The notes under the pieces are model-generated. The model was not told where the DNA came from, searched no databases, and worked only from the letters and a program-made list of their open reading frames with translations. Of a DNA stretch of 64,000 nt, positions 37,367-47,531 are shown piece by piece. This DNA is from Candidatus Heimdallarchaeota archaeon (GTDB lineage Archaea > Asgardarchaeota > Heimdallarchaeia > JABLTI01): positions 1 to 64,000 of the forward strand of contig DXJV01000005.1 of the NCBI GenBank assembly GCA_019056785.1, written 5' to 3'. Every line of letters begins with the position of its first letter. Within the stretch, counting starts at the first letter, position 1. The position numbers and the translations under genes are program-made.

Positions 37367-38017
37367 TTAATGCTTGAAAGACTCGAGTATTGCTTGTAAA
37401 AGCATTTCTTCTGGAACAAGCCCTTCAACATTTCCCTTCCCATCATTAATTATCGTATTTGGTACGCCAAAGATATCAAAGACTGAAGCAAGTTGAGCAA
37501 ACTGTGAGGCCTCAATCATCTCAGCAGTAATAAAATCGTTTGCAATGGCTAATTTGTGCGCACGTAATACCATCGCCGGGCAGTAGGGGCACTCGAGGGT
37601 AACAAACACCTTGAGATTAACTTTTTGTTTAATCGATTTCAACATTTCATGTGCTTGGGGTGATAGAATTGCATCTCGATTTGCAACAAGCATTATGGAT
37701 TCAACTAAAGTGGTGAATTCCTTTCCGGCCGGAACGCCGAAGAACCGGACGCCATAGTCTTTATCTCCTTCAATAACAATTGCAGGATGTCGTTCAATGC
37801 CATATTCTTTCGCTTTTGGATGACTTGCTTCACAATCGCAAATATCCAGCTCGATTTTATCTGATAAACTTGCTACCTCTGTCATCAGAGAAATCATTTC
37901 ATTACAGAATAAGCAATGTCCTTTTGTTGAAAAAACTCTGAGAGTAACGGGGTTTTTCATATCACTAAAACGTTGCTTGACAATTTGTCTAACACTTTCA
38001 TCTAATAATGTTGTCAT
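37367..38017 (-). CDS. Protein disulfide oxidoreductase (PDO / AhpF N-terminal-like, double thioredoxin fold)
   Basis: CLFC and CPYC motifs, GVPAGKEF, GVP. Confidence 0.9.
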   Translation of the reverse strand: MTTLLDESVRQIVKQRFSDMKNPVTLRVFSTKGHCLFCNEMISLMTEVASLSDKIELDICDCEASHPKAKEYGIERHPAIVIEGDKDYGVRFFGVPAGKEFTTLVESIMLVANRDAILSPQAHEMLKSIKQKVNLKVFVTLECPYCPAMVLRAHKLAIANDFITAEMIEASQFAQLASVFDIFGVPNTIINDGKGNVEGLVPEEMLLQAILESFKH

Positions 38018-38321
38018 TTTTGTTAGCTCCTTTTATTAGTTCAAACTGAAAAGTAAATGCTTTTTTTAAAACTATTCTTTTTTAGTTTCTTAAGCTTAGG
38101 ACACTATTTTCTTTTCATTCTAATTTTTCTATAGGTTAATTAGCTATCTTATTTGTCCCAAGTAATTCAGTTCACAAGTGGTACTCTACAAGTAAGTCAA
38201 CTAAAAATTTTCTGCAGAAAAAAGGCGATAACAAAAGGAATTTAAAGATTAAGCATAAAATAATGTTGGGAAAAACAAAAATTATCAAAAATTCCTGAAT
38301 AGAAAATGGTTGTAGGTTTCC

Positions 38322-40475
38322 TTGCAGCAGATTCTTGAAGAAGAGACTCGAGAGTTCCATTCACTCTTCGTACATGACTTTAATGTGGATGGTATTTCCG
38401 AAATAATTGCTTCACGCTTACAAAAAAGTAGCACAGAGATTAGTGTTCTTCATCCCAAACATCTTGCTAATTCTTCTGTGAAAATTAATGAACGCATTAA
38501 CGTTCTCTGTGTGGCACAGACAAGTTTGGATAAAGGCTTTGAATTAATAACTGGCGATATCAAAGGAGTCCTTCGGATCAATGCTAGAAATGGCCGTCCC
38601 TTTTATAGTAAAGATATTAAAGATGGCATTCGCTTGCCTTCCAGTATTTTGGCAGCCGCGCCAGGTGATTTGAATGGGAATAAGCTTTCTGAAATAGTCG
38701 TTGGTTGTGCAAATGGCGAAGTAGTAATGATTGAACGCATTCCTGGCAGAAAACACCGGTGGGATAAGATTCGCGGTTTCTCCTTGGGAAAAGTCTTCCA
38801 AAAACCAGTGACAACCATTCTTACAGGTGATTTCAATGGTAACGGTTATACTGGTTTCATTGCAGGCTCTGAAGATGGTTTTTTCAAGGAGATCGAATTT
38901 CGACCGCAATTACAAAAATTTGACCTTATTGGAGAGTTTAAAGTTGAAAGCCCTCCATCATTTTGTTTCTGTGGTGACTTTGACCGGGATGGTATCTCTG
39001 AAGTGATGGTAGGAGAGCAGTCAGGAAAACTCAATATCTTTAAACGAAATTATTTAATGTCGAGTCACACCTTAGATGGCGCTATAACTTGTGGTGTGGT
39101 TGGTGATGTAGATAATGACCACCAACTTGAGGTTGTGGTTGGAACTTCTCGGGGCTCTTTTCATATTCTTCGTTCGAATACAATTGAAACACATGAGGGC
39201 TACAGCAATATCGCAGACTTGAAAATCGGCGATTTATACGGAAATAGACAAAATGAATTGATTTTTTCTATAAATAAAAGACGAATTCTTGCTTTTACAA
39301 TCACACGTGATAAAGCCTCGGAAAAATCAAATGTTGAGTTGATCCCATTCAAGGACCCGCAACAATTACAAGCACGCACACCACAGCCATCGGTGGCACA
39401 AAATGCTTTCTGCCCGAATTGTAGCTCACAAGTGCGTTTTATTGAGCAATATCGACGATGGTATTGTTATACTTGCCGGCAATATGTCGCACCTGTAAGT
39501 AAGAAAGAAGAAGTAAAACGAAAGGTGCCAACGATCGAGGCGAAAAAGTATGGAACACCCTACAGTGTCGGCTCTCACTATGACCCTTATCGCCCCTATG
39601 AACCAACAAGGGAAACAGCTGCCGGTGGAGCATCGAAACTTGAGAAAGTAAAAGATAGAGTTGAGAGTAAATTAGCAGATCTTCAGCCTGGGCAAAACCT
39701 CGAGTGGCAAGAAGAAATTGATGAGAATGGTATTGTAGATGCTCAAGAAGATGTGAATTATTTTCTCCCCCTCGATTTAGAAGCTGACTTGGATGTTGGA
39801 GTGTCCATTTTTAATGACATCCTAAAAATAAAGCACGTAATTCTAATCCATTCCCAATCAGGCGTTCCTCTATTTAGTCAAGGCTTCGGAAAGGATATCG
39901 ATGTGTCTTTGACTAGCGGCTTTTTAAGTGCTGTTGGAACTTTTACTGAAGAAATGGCCGGCGAGTCAGAAAAGCGAATTGGAGTCTTTAGTGAAATTGG
40001 CCGTGAAGGATTCTGGATAATAATTTATGAAGGCGAAATGTCAAAAACCGCCCTCCTTGTTAGCGAAAAGATCGGTGAACACTTGAAAAAACGCATACAG
40101 ATTTTCATGAAAGAGTTTGAACAAACATTTAAAACAGAACTTGAGAATTTCAATGGCTTTATCTCCGCTTTTAAGGGAGCAACCGACCTTTTGGAAAAAC
40201 ACCTGCGCTTAGAATACCTTTATCCACTCAAGATGGATGCTAAAAGAATGCGGCTAACAGCTATCAACCAAAATGAAAAAACCTTGGCAAAAGCATTCAC
40301 AGATTTTCTCAGCCAAACAGACGAAGAGGTTTTCTATGTGACAGAATTAATTGATGTTATTATGCAAGATCCAAAGAATAACCTCCTAAAGGAAGATGTT
40401 CTTAAAATTCTTATTAAATACCTCGAAAATGGCATGTTAATCCCTCTCCCTCCCCCACCAACAGAACATGTTTGA
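38322..40475 (+). CDS. Cytosolic FG-GAP beta-propeller - Zn ribbon - longin - winged helix protein
   Basis: Seven (G)Dx(N/D)xDGxxE-like repeats; CPNC...WYCYTC; longin segment HVILIHSQSGVPLF...LTSGFLSAV..F.EE; C-terminal wH-like region; no signal peptide or TM. Confidence 0.8.
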   Translation: MQQILEEETREFHSLFVHDFNVDGISEIIASRLQKSSTEISVLHPKHLANSSVKINERINVLCVAQTSLDKGFELITGDIKGVLRINARNGRPFYSKDIKDGIRLPSSILAAAPGDLNGNKLSEIVVGCANGEVVMIERIPGRKHRWDKIRGFSLGKVFQKPVTTILTGDFNGNGYTGFIAGSEDGFFKEIEFRPQLQKFDLIGEFKVESPPSFCFCGDFDRDGISEVMVGEQSGKLNIFKRNYLMSSHTLDGAITCGVVGDVDNDHQLEVVVGTSRGSFHILRSNTIETHEGYSNIADLKIGDLYGNRQNELIFSINKRRILAFTITRDKASEKSNVELIPFKDPQQLQARTPQPSVAQNAFCPNCSSQVRFIEQYRRWYCYTCRQYVAPVSKKEEVKRKVPTIEAKKYGTPYSVGSHYDPYRPYEPTRETAAGGASKLEKVKDRVESKLADLQPGQNLEWQEEIDENGIVDAQEDVNYFLPLDLEADLDVGVSIFNDILKIKHVILIHSQSGVPLFSQGFGKDIDVSLTSGFLSAVGTFTEEMAGESEKRIGVFSEIGREGFWIIIYEGEMSKTALLVSEKIGEHLKKRIQIFMKEFEQTFKTELENFNGFISAFKGATDLLEKHLRLEYLYPLKMDAKRMRLTAINQNEKTLAKAFTDFLSQTDEEVFYVTELIDVIMQDPKNNLLKEDVLKILIKYLENGMLIPLPPPPTEHV

Positions 40476-40611
40476 CTTGAAATTAGGTTCTCTTCCTAAT
40501 ACTAAAAACTTAAGTGTTCTTTTACTTATTCTTTTTGTACTTGTAAAAGAAAATGCAAAATTGTAAACCAATAAATTAGTTAACATAGATTTATTGAATG
40601 GTGAATTTGAC

Positions 40612-43600
40612 ATGTCAGAATTGGTTAAAAAAGCCATGGTGTTCGAAGAAAAAGGAAAATGGAGCAATGCTGCGAAAAGCTATTTACAAGCAGCGAGAGA
40701 AGCCGTTGAAACTAACCAAACAAAAGACGCCAAGAATCTCTTTTTAAAAGCAATTGCTGCTTCTGAAAAAACCGAAGACAATCTCTTATTAGTGGAAAGT
40801 GTTTTTGCGTATGAAAAAATTGCCACTAAAGCTGAGAAAAAAGAAGTGCTCCCAAAGGCACTGCCGGCTGTTAAAAGTTTGTTAGCTCTGGCATTAACTA
40901 AGAAGAAGAATCTACTGGCCTTTGAATATTTAGAAAAGAAAGAACTTATTAGTAGAAGTACAGGTGTGGATTTAGAAGAGACCTTAAGAGAGAAAGGCGA
41001 GGTCTCAAGACGTCTAGCCTTAAAAATGGTTATCAGTAAAAAAGTGGAGGAACGAGAACGTGGTTTTGCTTTCCTGAAAGAGGCTGCAAAATGCTTTTTA
41101 GAAATTAATGCCATTAAAGAGAAATTTAAAGGTGATTTCCAAGCTTTCCAGTTGTTAATGGAAAAGGGTTTTATAAAAGAGGGGTTCAGTTTATTTGAAA
41201 AGCTCATCAGTTTTTGTGAAACTAATCAACTTGCAGAGGAAGCAACAACCGTTCTTCAGCAAATAATTACTTATGCAAATGCAATTTTAAATGGAAAAGG
41301 ATCGAAAAAATTGGTCAAAGCGCTTCAAGCAACTTTCTCTTCTGCGGATCCTGGTGGAGAACTCTTGAAAATAGGCATTGAAAAAGCGCAGGAAATAGGC
41401 GCAAATGAAGTTATAGTCGCTGCAGCAACCATACAAGTTGAGCAAGGCAACCTGCAATTCAATAAAAAGAAATTTGATATTGCTAAACGCCTTTATGAAA
41501 AGGCTTTACTTCTTCTTACAACAATTCAAGCTGTAGATACTGCGAAAAATGTTTTCAAGCAAATTGCCACCAAAGCGTACACCTTACTTGATACGAAAGG
41601 GAAATTCCAACTTGCACTCGATTATTTTGCAATGCTTCAAATTATGGAAGAGCTCGATAAAGGCTTTCTCGCTGACTTCTTTGTCGAAAAAGGAGCCAAC
41701 ATGTTTCAACGGGATCTCATCACTTTGGCGTTAGAGGATTACAAAAGTGCTTGTAGAGTTTATCTCTCTGGTCAGCTAACTGTAAAGTTCGAAAAAACTG
41801 TTAGTATAATTTTTGAAAAAAGTTTGGAGCTTATAGCGCATGCGGACTTTCAAAATGCCCTCATTTATTCACATGATGCAATTTCCATTCTCCTTAAGGT
41901 TGAGAAATTTGAAAACATAGGTGAGCAGGCTTCTAAAATCGCGCATGCCTTACTCGAAAACAATCAACTCCCTGAAGCAGAAGATTTTGTAAAAATCGCA
42001 TTTGACAACTTCCTCAAAGCCGGAAAAACCGTAGAAGCAGCCACTACTTACAAAACCATGGGTGAATCTTTCCTTGCTCTTGAGCGATTTGAAACAGGGG
42101 CTGGATATCTCATTCAGGCAGCAAAAACATATCGAAGTGCCGAAGCTGAAGATAAAATCATGCAGACAGCAAAGCCTCTCCTTAAAGCTGCCATCGATCA
42201 ACTTATAGATGGGAATGCAGACCTCGCACAATCATTAAATCTTAAGGCTATTGAATGTGCGAAAGAAAAAGGTCCATTGGCACAAGTCGAAGTACTTCAG
42301 GAGTTTAATACTCAAGCGATGATTTCTAACCAACCAAAGTTAGTTTTAAACAACATTCAGCTGGCCACTAAAATTGTTGGAGCGAATTTTCCGGCTGAAA
42401 AAAGAGCTCTGGCGGAGAAAGCGATATCCTATGGTCAGCAACTGATAATTTCGAATCAGCAATTTAAGCTGGGAACTGATTTTATCACACATGCTGTTTT
42501 AACTCTGGCTGAACTTGGAGACAGTACCCAGAGTAGTCAGATCATCTTTGAAATTGGTTCTTTACTTTTTGAGAACAAACAACCGGAACTGGCAAAAGGA
42601 CTGTTGCAATTAATTACTCAAGTCTTAAAAACAGAGGAGAATCCTGAAGTTTTCGGAACAAACGTTGCGAATGTTGCCAAACTTCTGATTGAAAATCGAT
42701 TTGTTGATGATGGTATTGATCTCTTGCGCAAGAGTGTTGGCTCCTATCTTAACGTAGGCGGCGTTGAGCCGGTCATTAAATTGGCTCGCTATTGTGCTCT
42801 AAAAGCACAGGAAAATATGGCAGCGGGTGATGTTGTGTTTGCCAAACACTTGTTTATTGCTGCAATGGAGTTCAGTACCCTCGTTGATTTGGAAGTTCAG
42901 AGCGAGATTTTAACTTCCGCAACAAATGCTTTTCTCGAGATTGGTGATTTCTATACTATAAATGAATTTTATGACTTTGCTAAGGCAAATCTCGAGGGTG
43001 AAAAAGACTATTTGGGAAAAGTGGGCCGCTTACAAATTTTCCAAGGGAGTACTTTGCGTGATCAAAAAGGGTTGGTAGATGAAGCCTCAGAATTTATACA
43101 CAATGGTATTGCAACCTTAAAAGAAGTTGATATGATTGCCGAAGCTGGCGAGGTTGCGCTCAATCAAGGAAAAGCTTTCATTGAGAAGGGGAATTTTGTC
43201 TATGGTGAAGAATTGATTGAAACTGCAGCTCAAATCTTCATTCAGTTAAATGATATTGAACGTTCTGGCGATGCCTTCTTATCCCTTGCAGAAATTAACA
43301 TGCAAAAGTCGCAATGGCAAGATGCTTTTCAGCAGATTGAACTTGCGAATAAATCCTATAGTCAAACCAACTTGGACAAACTTGCTTCCACAATTATTAT
43401 CACTGCAGATATCGGACAAAAAGCATTAATAAATAAACCCGCTGAAAACAAAGAATTTGCTTTACAATGTTTTGATAGAGCAATCCAACTCGCCAATGAG
43501 CATAAGCTCTTTGCCAGTGAGGTAGATGTTACTTTACTCGAAGGACGGGCGTTTGCAACAATTAAAGATCACCAAACTGCTTACAACTTCTTTTTACAAC

Positions 43601-46600
43601 TTGCAAACTTGCTCGAAGAGAAGGATGAAACCGAGAAATCCCCGCTAATCGCTGAAGAACTCACTACTTTTGCGACAATATTCATTGCTGATAATGAAGT
43701 TGAGTTAGGACTCCAACTGGTAGATTTAGCAACAGCTATTTATTTGCGTCTTGGCCAGCCAATAAATGCTTCGGAGACTTATATGAAAGCCTGTAATGCT
43801 TTATTGAAGATGAACAAAATCGTTCAAGGCGTAAAGCTTGTGCTTCTTGCTTCTGATACTTTAATGGTAGCAAATGAATACAAACATGCTGTGAGAATTT
43901 TAACTGAAATTGTTGATTTCCTGTATGATTTGAAAGACTATCAAAATGCTGCCATTGTTGCTGGCCAAATCGTCACTGTTCATCAAAAAACCGGCGAAGT
44001 TGAAGAACAAAAGAAAGTGATAAATCGATTAGTCGAAAAGGCAATCGAAGTGATCAATGAGGGCAGAATCATGGAAGGAGAACAACTTTGGGAGCAGGCA
44101 GCCAATTTTAGCATCTCCGTTGACTTGGATTATGCACTTCAAATCAATGACCAAAGAATTGAAAATCTCTTGAACGCCGGCATGTATAACTCTACTAATA
44201 ATGCCTTCAAACAGTTTTTGCCAATTCTAGAAGAAGATAAGGAAAAATTACTTTCACAAGTTGTAAAGATAGCCGAAATTACTGATGATCTTTTTGCGAA
44301 AGAAGAATTCAAACTGGCAAAGGATTTTGTTTTCACGGCAGTTGATTATTACCTTAAAGCTGAGGAATTTGATCAGGTAATAACTTTCTGTTTGGATGTT
44401 GGTCAACGGTTTATTGTTGCTAATGAGGAAACAAGTGGCATTGAGTTGATTGACAAGGCAGCATTTATTGCTAACGATTCTCTAGGTGCACATGAAGCTG
44501 CGAAAATCTACCTTCGCACAGGATTCTTACTTGTTGAAAAGGACTACAATGAAAGTGGTTTTCTGGCAATAAATAAAGCTGTTGACATTGAACTTCAAAC
44601 GCAAAATATGGAGGGGTGTAATGAACTTGGTGAGATTGCTATTGAAAAAGCAAATGAACTCATTAACCATAACATTCCTCTTGCAATTAAAATTTATGAG
44701 CAAGCTTCGCAAATCTTTCAGAAAGCATCTAATTTTATTAAAGCAGGAGAAGTACAAACAACGATTCTTAATGCCTTCTTAAGTCTTGGAGATGCAGTTG
44801 GAGCAATAAAAGCTTGCGAACAAGCAGTTGATTATTATCTAAAAGGGAAAAATAGCGAACTTGCCGCAACCGCTGCAAGACAAATAATTGAGTCTTCGAG
44901 GAGATTTTTCGATGAAAATGACTTTCCAAAAGCCGTGTTAATTCTCGAGCGCGGACGATTCTTGGTGGAAAAGACAACAAGATATGATCTTTTGGATTTG
45001 ATAGTCAGTATCTACATGAACGCTGCAAATCAGAACCTTCCAAATAGAAAATCTGCCATTGGTGTGTTTTTCTTGAAGCGTGCAATTGCAATTGCCGAAA
45101 GCAGCCCCGACCCAGAAGAAATCAAAAAAGTAGTAAACCTCTCATTAACTATTGCTTTGGAAACCATTAAAAAGAAAAACTCTCTTGCAGGAGCAAAAGT
45201 CCTGGAAATGATCTCTCGACTCGAGATTTCTAAAAATGCTCTCTTGTCTCAATTAACCGCGACTCTTCTTGATGCTCTAAAACTCACTTTAGAAACAGAA
45301 TGGAATATGATCGGGAAAGTACTTCGAGATGCTTTTCATTTCTTTAAAGGCGCCAATCAAGATGAAGCAATTAAAGAGTTAATTTCCATTTTGACAAAAA
45401 GAGCAAATGCTGACTTGCTCCTCAATAAACCCCAACTTGGCTTCTTCTTTTTAGAGCATGCAATCCGGATTGTTAATGAGTCTGGAGACAAAGAACTAAT
45501 GTTTTATCTTGGCAATGACCTTCTCGAACAGTTCCTCGTTTTGCATGAGGAGGTAACTTTCGATTCTCTCTATCGGTTGCTTGGATATTGCTACCAAATT
45601 TTCCAACAGATTCAAGACTTGGAATCCATCACTCGTGTTGGGGCAGAGTTTGCTAAATTGGGTTCAAAGGACCTTATTAATAATATGCAATCAATCCGTG
45701 GCTATGAGTCTCTCTTAACTGCAAGAGATATTGCAAGTCAGACACAAAATAGTGCGCTTATGAAAGCTGTTGTGCTTGCTCTCTTAGATTTTGCGATTCA
45801 ACAATCTGCGAAAAATGCCAATTCTGTGCTGTCAACCTTAGAGGATATTGTTCAAGGGTTAAAAGAATTCGAAATACCAAAGTCAACATCAGTAGCTATT
45901 GATTACGCTTCCTTGCAAAGTTATCTTAAAACTCTCACCTCTTTTGGCAATAAAGTCAGTAAAAATGATAAAACATTCAAGCTTGGGAAGAAGATCATTC
46001 AAAATTGCTCTAGATTACTCGCCCTCACCGGCAACCATCTTGAACTCGAAAAAGATTTAGCTGATGTCAAAAAGAACATGCAGAAACTTTGTCGCCGGGG
46101 CAATCAAGAGGCAGCTTATAAATTGCGAGAAGCAGCCATTGTTTTTATTGATTTGAATGAAACAAACCAGGCCATTAAAATTGCTGAAGATGCTTTTGCA
46201 GCTTCCCAACAACTACTAGAGCGGAAAAAGTACCTCGATTCTGTGGAATTTGCTAAAGTGAGTTTGGTTGTTAACCAAAAACTCGATATCACTTCTGAGT
46301 TAAAAAACATCGGCTTATTTGCCTACAGTTCAGGTGACCGGCTTATAAATGAAGGCAAAATTCTGGAGGCAATGGACTTTTATGATATTGCAATCGAGGC
46401 CTTCGATTTATCAAATGACGATGAGAATTCTAATCGCTTGATCAACAAGATTGTACAGACGCGTGAATGGGATGCCAATAAAATGGTTGCTTTTCAAGTC
46501 TATAAAATAGCCTCCGAATCAGCCATTCGAATGAAAAACTGGCAGAAGGCTCATGAAATTGCCAATAAATGTTATAATCGTGGTATTGCTTTTATCGACC

Positions 46601-47523
46601 AACCACGGGTTCCAACTGAAATATCGCTAAAATTCATCACCCTTGCCGGGCGAATTTTTGAGGATATAGGTGCAATCAAAGATGCTGCCAATTCCTATGA
46701 TTCTGCCATTCTAAAATTCATTCGCTTAATGAGAACCAGAAAAAACATTGAATCAATAATTACTGAGCTTCTTGTAAAAACGGGAATAAATCGAATGGCT
46801 GGTTGTGATATGGACTCACTTGAGACCATCTTTCTGCGAGTCATGGAATTAGCTGAAATGAAGAAGTCCAAATACACGAAGATCATCTCTCGCGTCTTAA
46901 AACTCATTAATTCTTCTAAGGTTGGTCAAGCATGGGACTTGATGGTTTCTCTTCCTTATGTCTCCCATGGGCGAATCCGGAAAATTATTGGAACAACAAA
47001 GCGTCGGATAATTTACGACCTTCAGTCCAAAGGAACTTTCGATCGTACGGTTCTCTCTACAACAGACCGCTCTTTACCGCTTTCAGATTATCTCATCGAA
47101 AATCTCTTAATTTCCCGTAAAATTGATGGGCAATCAATAAACAAAGATGTCTTTATTTCTGCTACGAAAATTAAAGCCATTCGTTCGTACTTTTATAATG
47201 AATATGAGCTTTGGGGTCGAGTTGATTTAGAGGCTCTTACAAAGGAATTTGGCGTCCTCCCCACCGATGCAGCATCCATTGTCCGGCGGGAATTTCTCCC
47301 CACAATTTATATGGCGGTACTTGATACAGAGCAAAAAGTCTTCTATTCTTTTGACCGCTTAAAAGCTGAAATCTCTCTTATTCTTGGACGTGAACGTAAA
47401 AAGAACGCTCATTTTGATCCCATGCAAGTTGCTTCGGAAATGCATGTCCCTCCTGATATCATTAAAGAGGTTCTTCGGGAAATTTCTTGCGATGAAGTAG
47501 TGGAAAATGCTCCTACAATGTGA
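40612..47523 (+). CDS. Giant (~2300 aa) alpha-SNAP/TPR-like solenoid with C-terminal PCI-like winged helices
   Basis: Recurrent A..Y..AA..F helix pairs along about 2100 aa; C-terminal GRVDLEALTKEFGV...AVLDTEQKVFY and a further HTH; ATG at 40612 with GGTGA RBS. Confidence 0.82.
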   Translation: MSELVKKAMVFEEKGKWSNAAKSYLQAAREAVETNQTKDAKNLFLKAIAASEKTEDNLLLVESVFAYEKIATKAEKKEVLPKALPAVKSLLALALTKKKNLLAFEYLEKKELISRSTGVDLEETLREKGEVSRRLALKMVISKKVEERERGFAFLKEAAKCFLEINAIKEKFKGDFQAFQLLMEKGFIKEGFSLFEKLISFCETNQLAEEATTVLQQIITYANAILNGKGSKKLVKALQATFSSADPGGELLKIGIEKAQEIGANEVIVAAATIQVEQGNLQFNKKKFDIAKRLYEKALLLLTTIQAVDTAKNVFKQIATKAYTLLDTKGKFQLALDYFAMLQIMEELDKGFLADFFVEKGANMFQRDLITLALEDYKSACRVYLSGQLTVKFEKTVSIIFEKSLELIAHADFQNALIYSHDAISILLKVEKFENIGEQASKIAHALLENNQLPEAEDFVKIAFDNFLKAGKTVEAATTYKTMGESFLALERFETGAGYLIQAAKTYRSAEAEDKIMQTAKPLLKAAIDQLIDGNADLAQSLNLKAIECAKEKGPLAQVEVLQEFNTQAMISNQPKLVLNNIQLATKIVGANFPAEKRALAEKAISYGQQLIISNQQFKLGTDFITHAVLTLAELGDSTQSSQIIFEIGSLLFENKQPELAKGLLQLITQVLKTEENPEVFGTNVANVAKLLIENRFVDDGIDLLRKSVGSYLNVGGVEPVIKLARYCALKAQENMAAGDVVFAKHLFIAAMEFSTLVDLEVQSEILTSATNAFLEIGDFYTINEFYDFAKANLEGEKDYLGKVGRLQIFQGSTLRDQKGLVDEASEFIHNGIATLKEVDMIAEAGEVALNQGKAFIEKGNFVYGEELIETAAQIFIQLNDIERSGDAFLSLAEINMQKSQWQDAFQQIELANKSYSQTNLDKLASTIIITADIGQKALINKPAENKEFALQCFDRAIQLANEHKLFASEVDVTLLEGRAFATIKDHQTAYNFFLQLANLLEEKDETEKSPLIAEELTTFATIFIADNEVELGLQLVDLATAIYLRLGQPINASETYMKACNALLKMNKIVQGVKLVLLASDTLMVANEYKHAVRILTEIVDFLYDLKDYQNAAIVAGQIVTVHQKTGEVEEQKKVINRLVEKAIEVINEGRIMEGEQLWEQAANFSISVDLDYALQINDQRIENLLNAGMYNSTNNAFKQFLPILEEDKEKLLSQVVKIAEITDDLFAKEEFKLAKDFVFTAVDYYLKAEEFDQVITFCLDVGQRFIVANEETSGIELIDKAAFIANDSLGAHEAAKIYLRTGFLLVEKDYNESGFLAINKAVDIELQTQNMEGCNELGEIAIEKANELINHNIPLAIKIYEQASQIFQKASNFIKAGEVQTTILNAFLSLGDAVGAIKACEQAVDYYLKGKNSELAATAARQIIESSRRFFDENDFPKAVLILERGRFLVEKTTRYDLLDLIVSIYMNAANQNLPNRKSAIGVFFLKRAIAIAESSPDPEEIKKVVNLSLTIALETIKKKNSLAGAKVLEMISRLEISKNALLSQLTATLLDALKLTLETEWNMIGKVLRDAFHFFKGANQDEAIKELISILTKRANADLLLNKPQLGFFFLEHAIRIVNESGDKELMFYLGNDLLEQFLVLHEEVTFDSLYRLLGYCYQIFQQIQDLESITRVGAEFAKLGSKDLINNMQSIRGYESLLTARDIASQTQNSALMKAVVLALLDFAIQQSAKNANSVLSTLEDIVQGLKEFEIPKSTSVAIDYASLQSYLKTLTSFGNKVSKNDKTFKLGKKIIQNCSRLLALTGNHLELEKDLADVKKNMQKLCRRGNQEAAYKLREAAIVFIDLNETNQAIKIAEDAFAASQQLLERKKYLDSVEFAKVSLVVNQKLDITSELKNIGLFAYSSGDRLINEGKILEAMDFYDIAIEAFDLSNDDENSNRLINKIVQTREWDANKMVAFQVYKIASESAIRMKNWQKAHEIANKCYNRGIAFIDQPRVPTEISLKFITLAGRIFEDIGAIKDAANSYDSAILKFIRLMRTRKNIESIITELLVKTGINRMAGCDMDSLETIFLRVMELAEMKKSKYTKIISRVLKLINSSKVGQAWDLMVSLPYVSHGRIRKIIGTTKRRIIYDLQSKGTFDRTVLSTTDRSLPLSDYLIENLLISRKIDGQSINKDVFISATKIKAIRSYFYNEYELWGRVDLEALTKEFGVLPTDAASIVRREFLPTIYMAVLDTEQKVFYSFDRLKAEISLILGRERKKNAHFDPMQVASEMHVPPDIIKEVLREISCDEVVENAPTM

Positions 47524-47531
47524 AAGATGCT

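Noticed and set aside
40612-47523. Direct orthology to clathrin heavy chain, SZT2 or alpha-SNAP
   Set aside because: Only generic repeat similarity is visible; there is no N-terminal propeller in the same chain and the length far exceeds SNAP.
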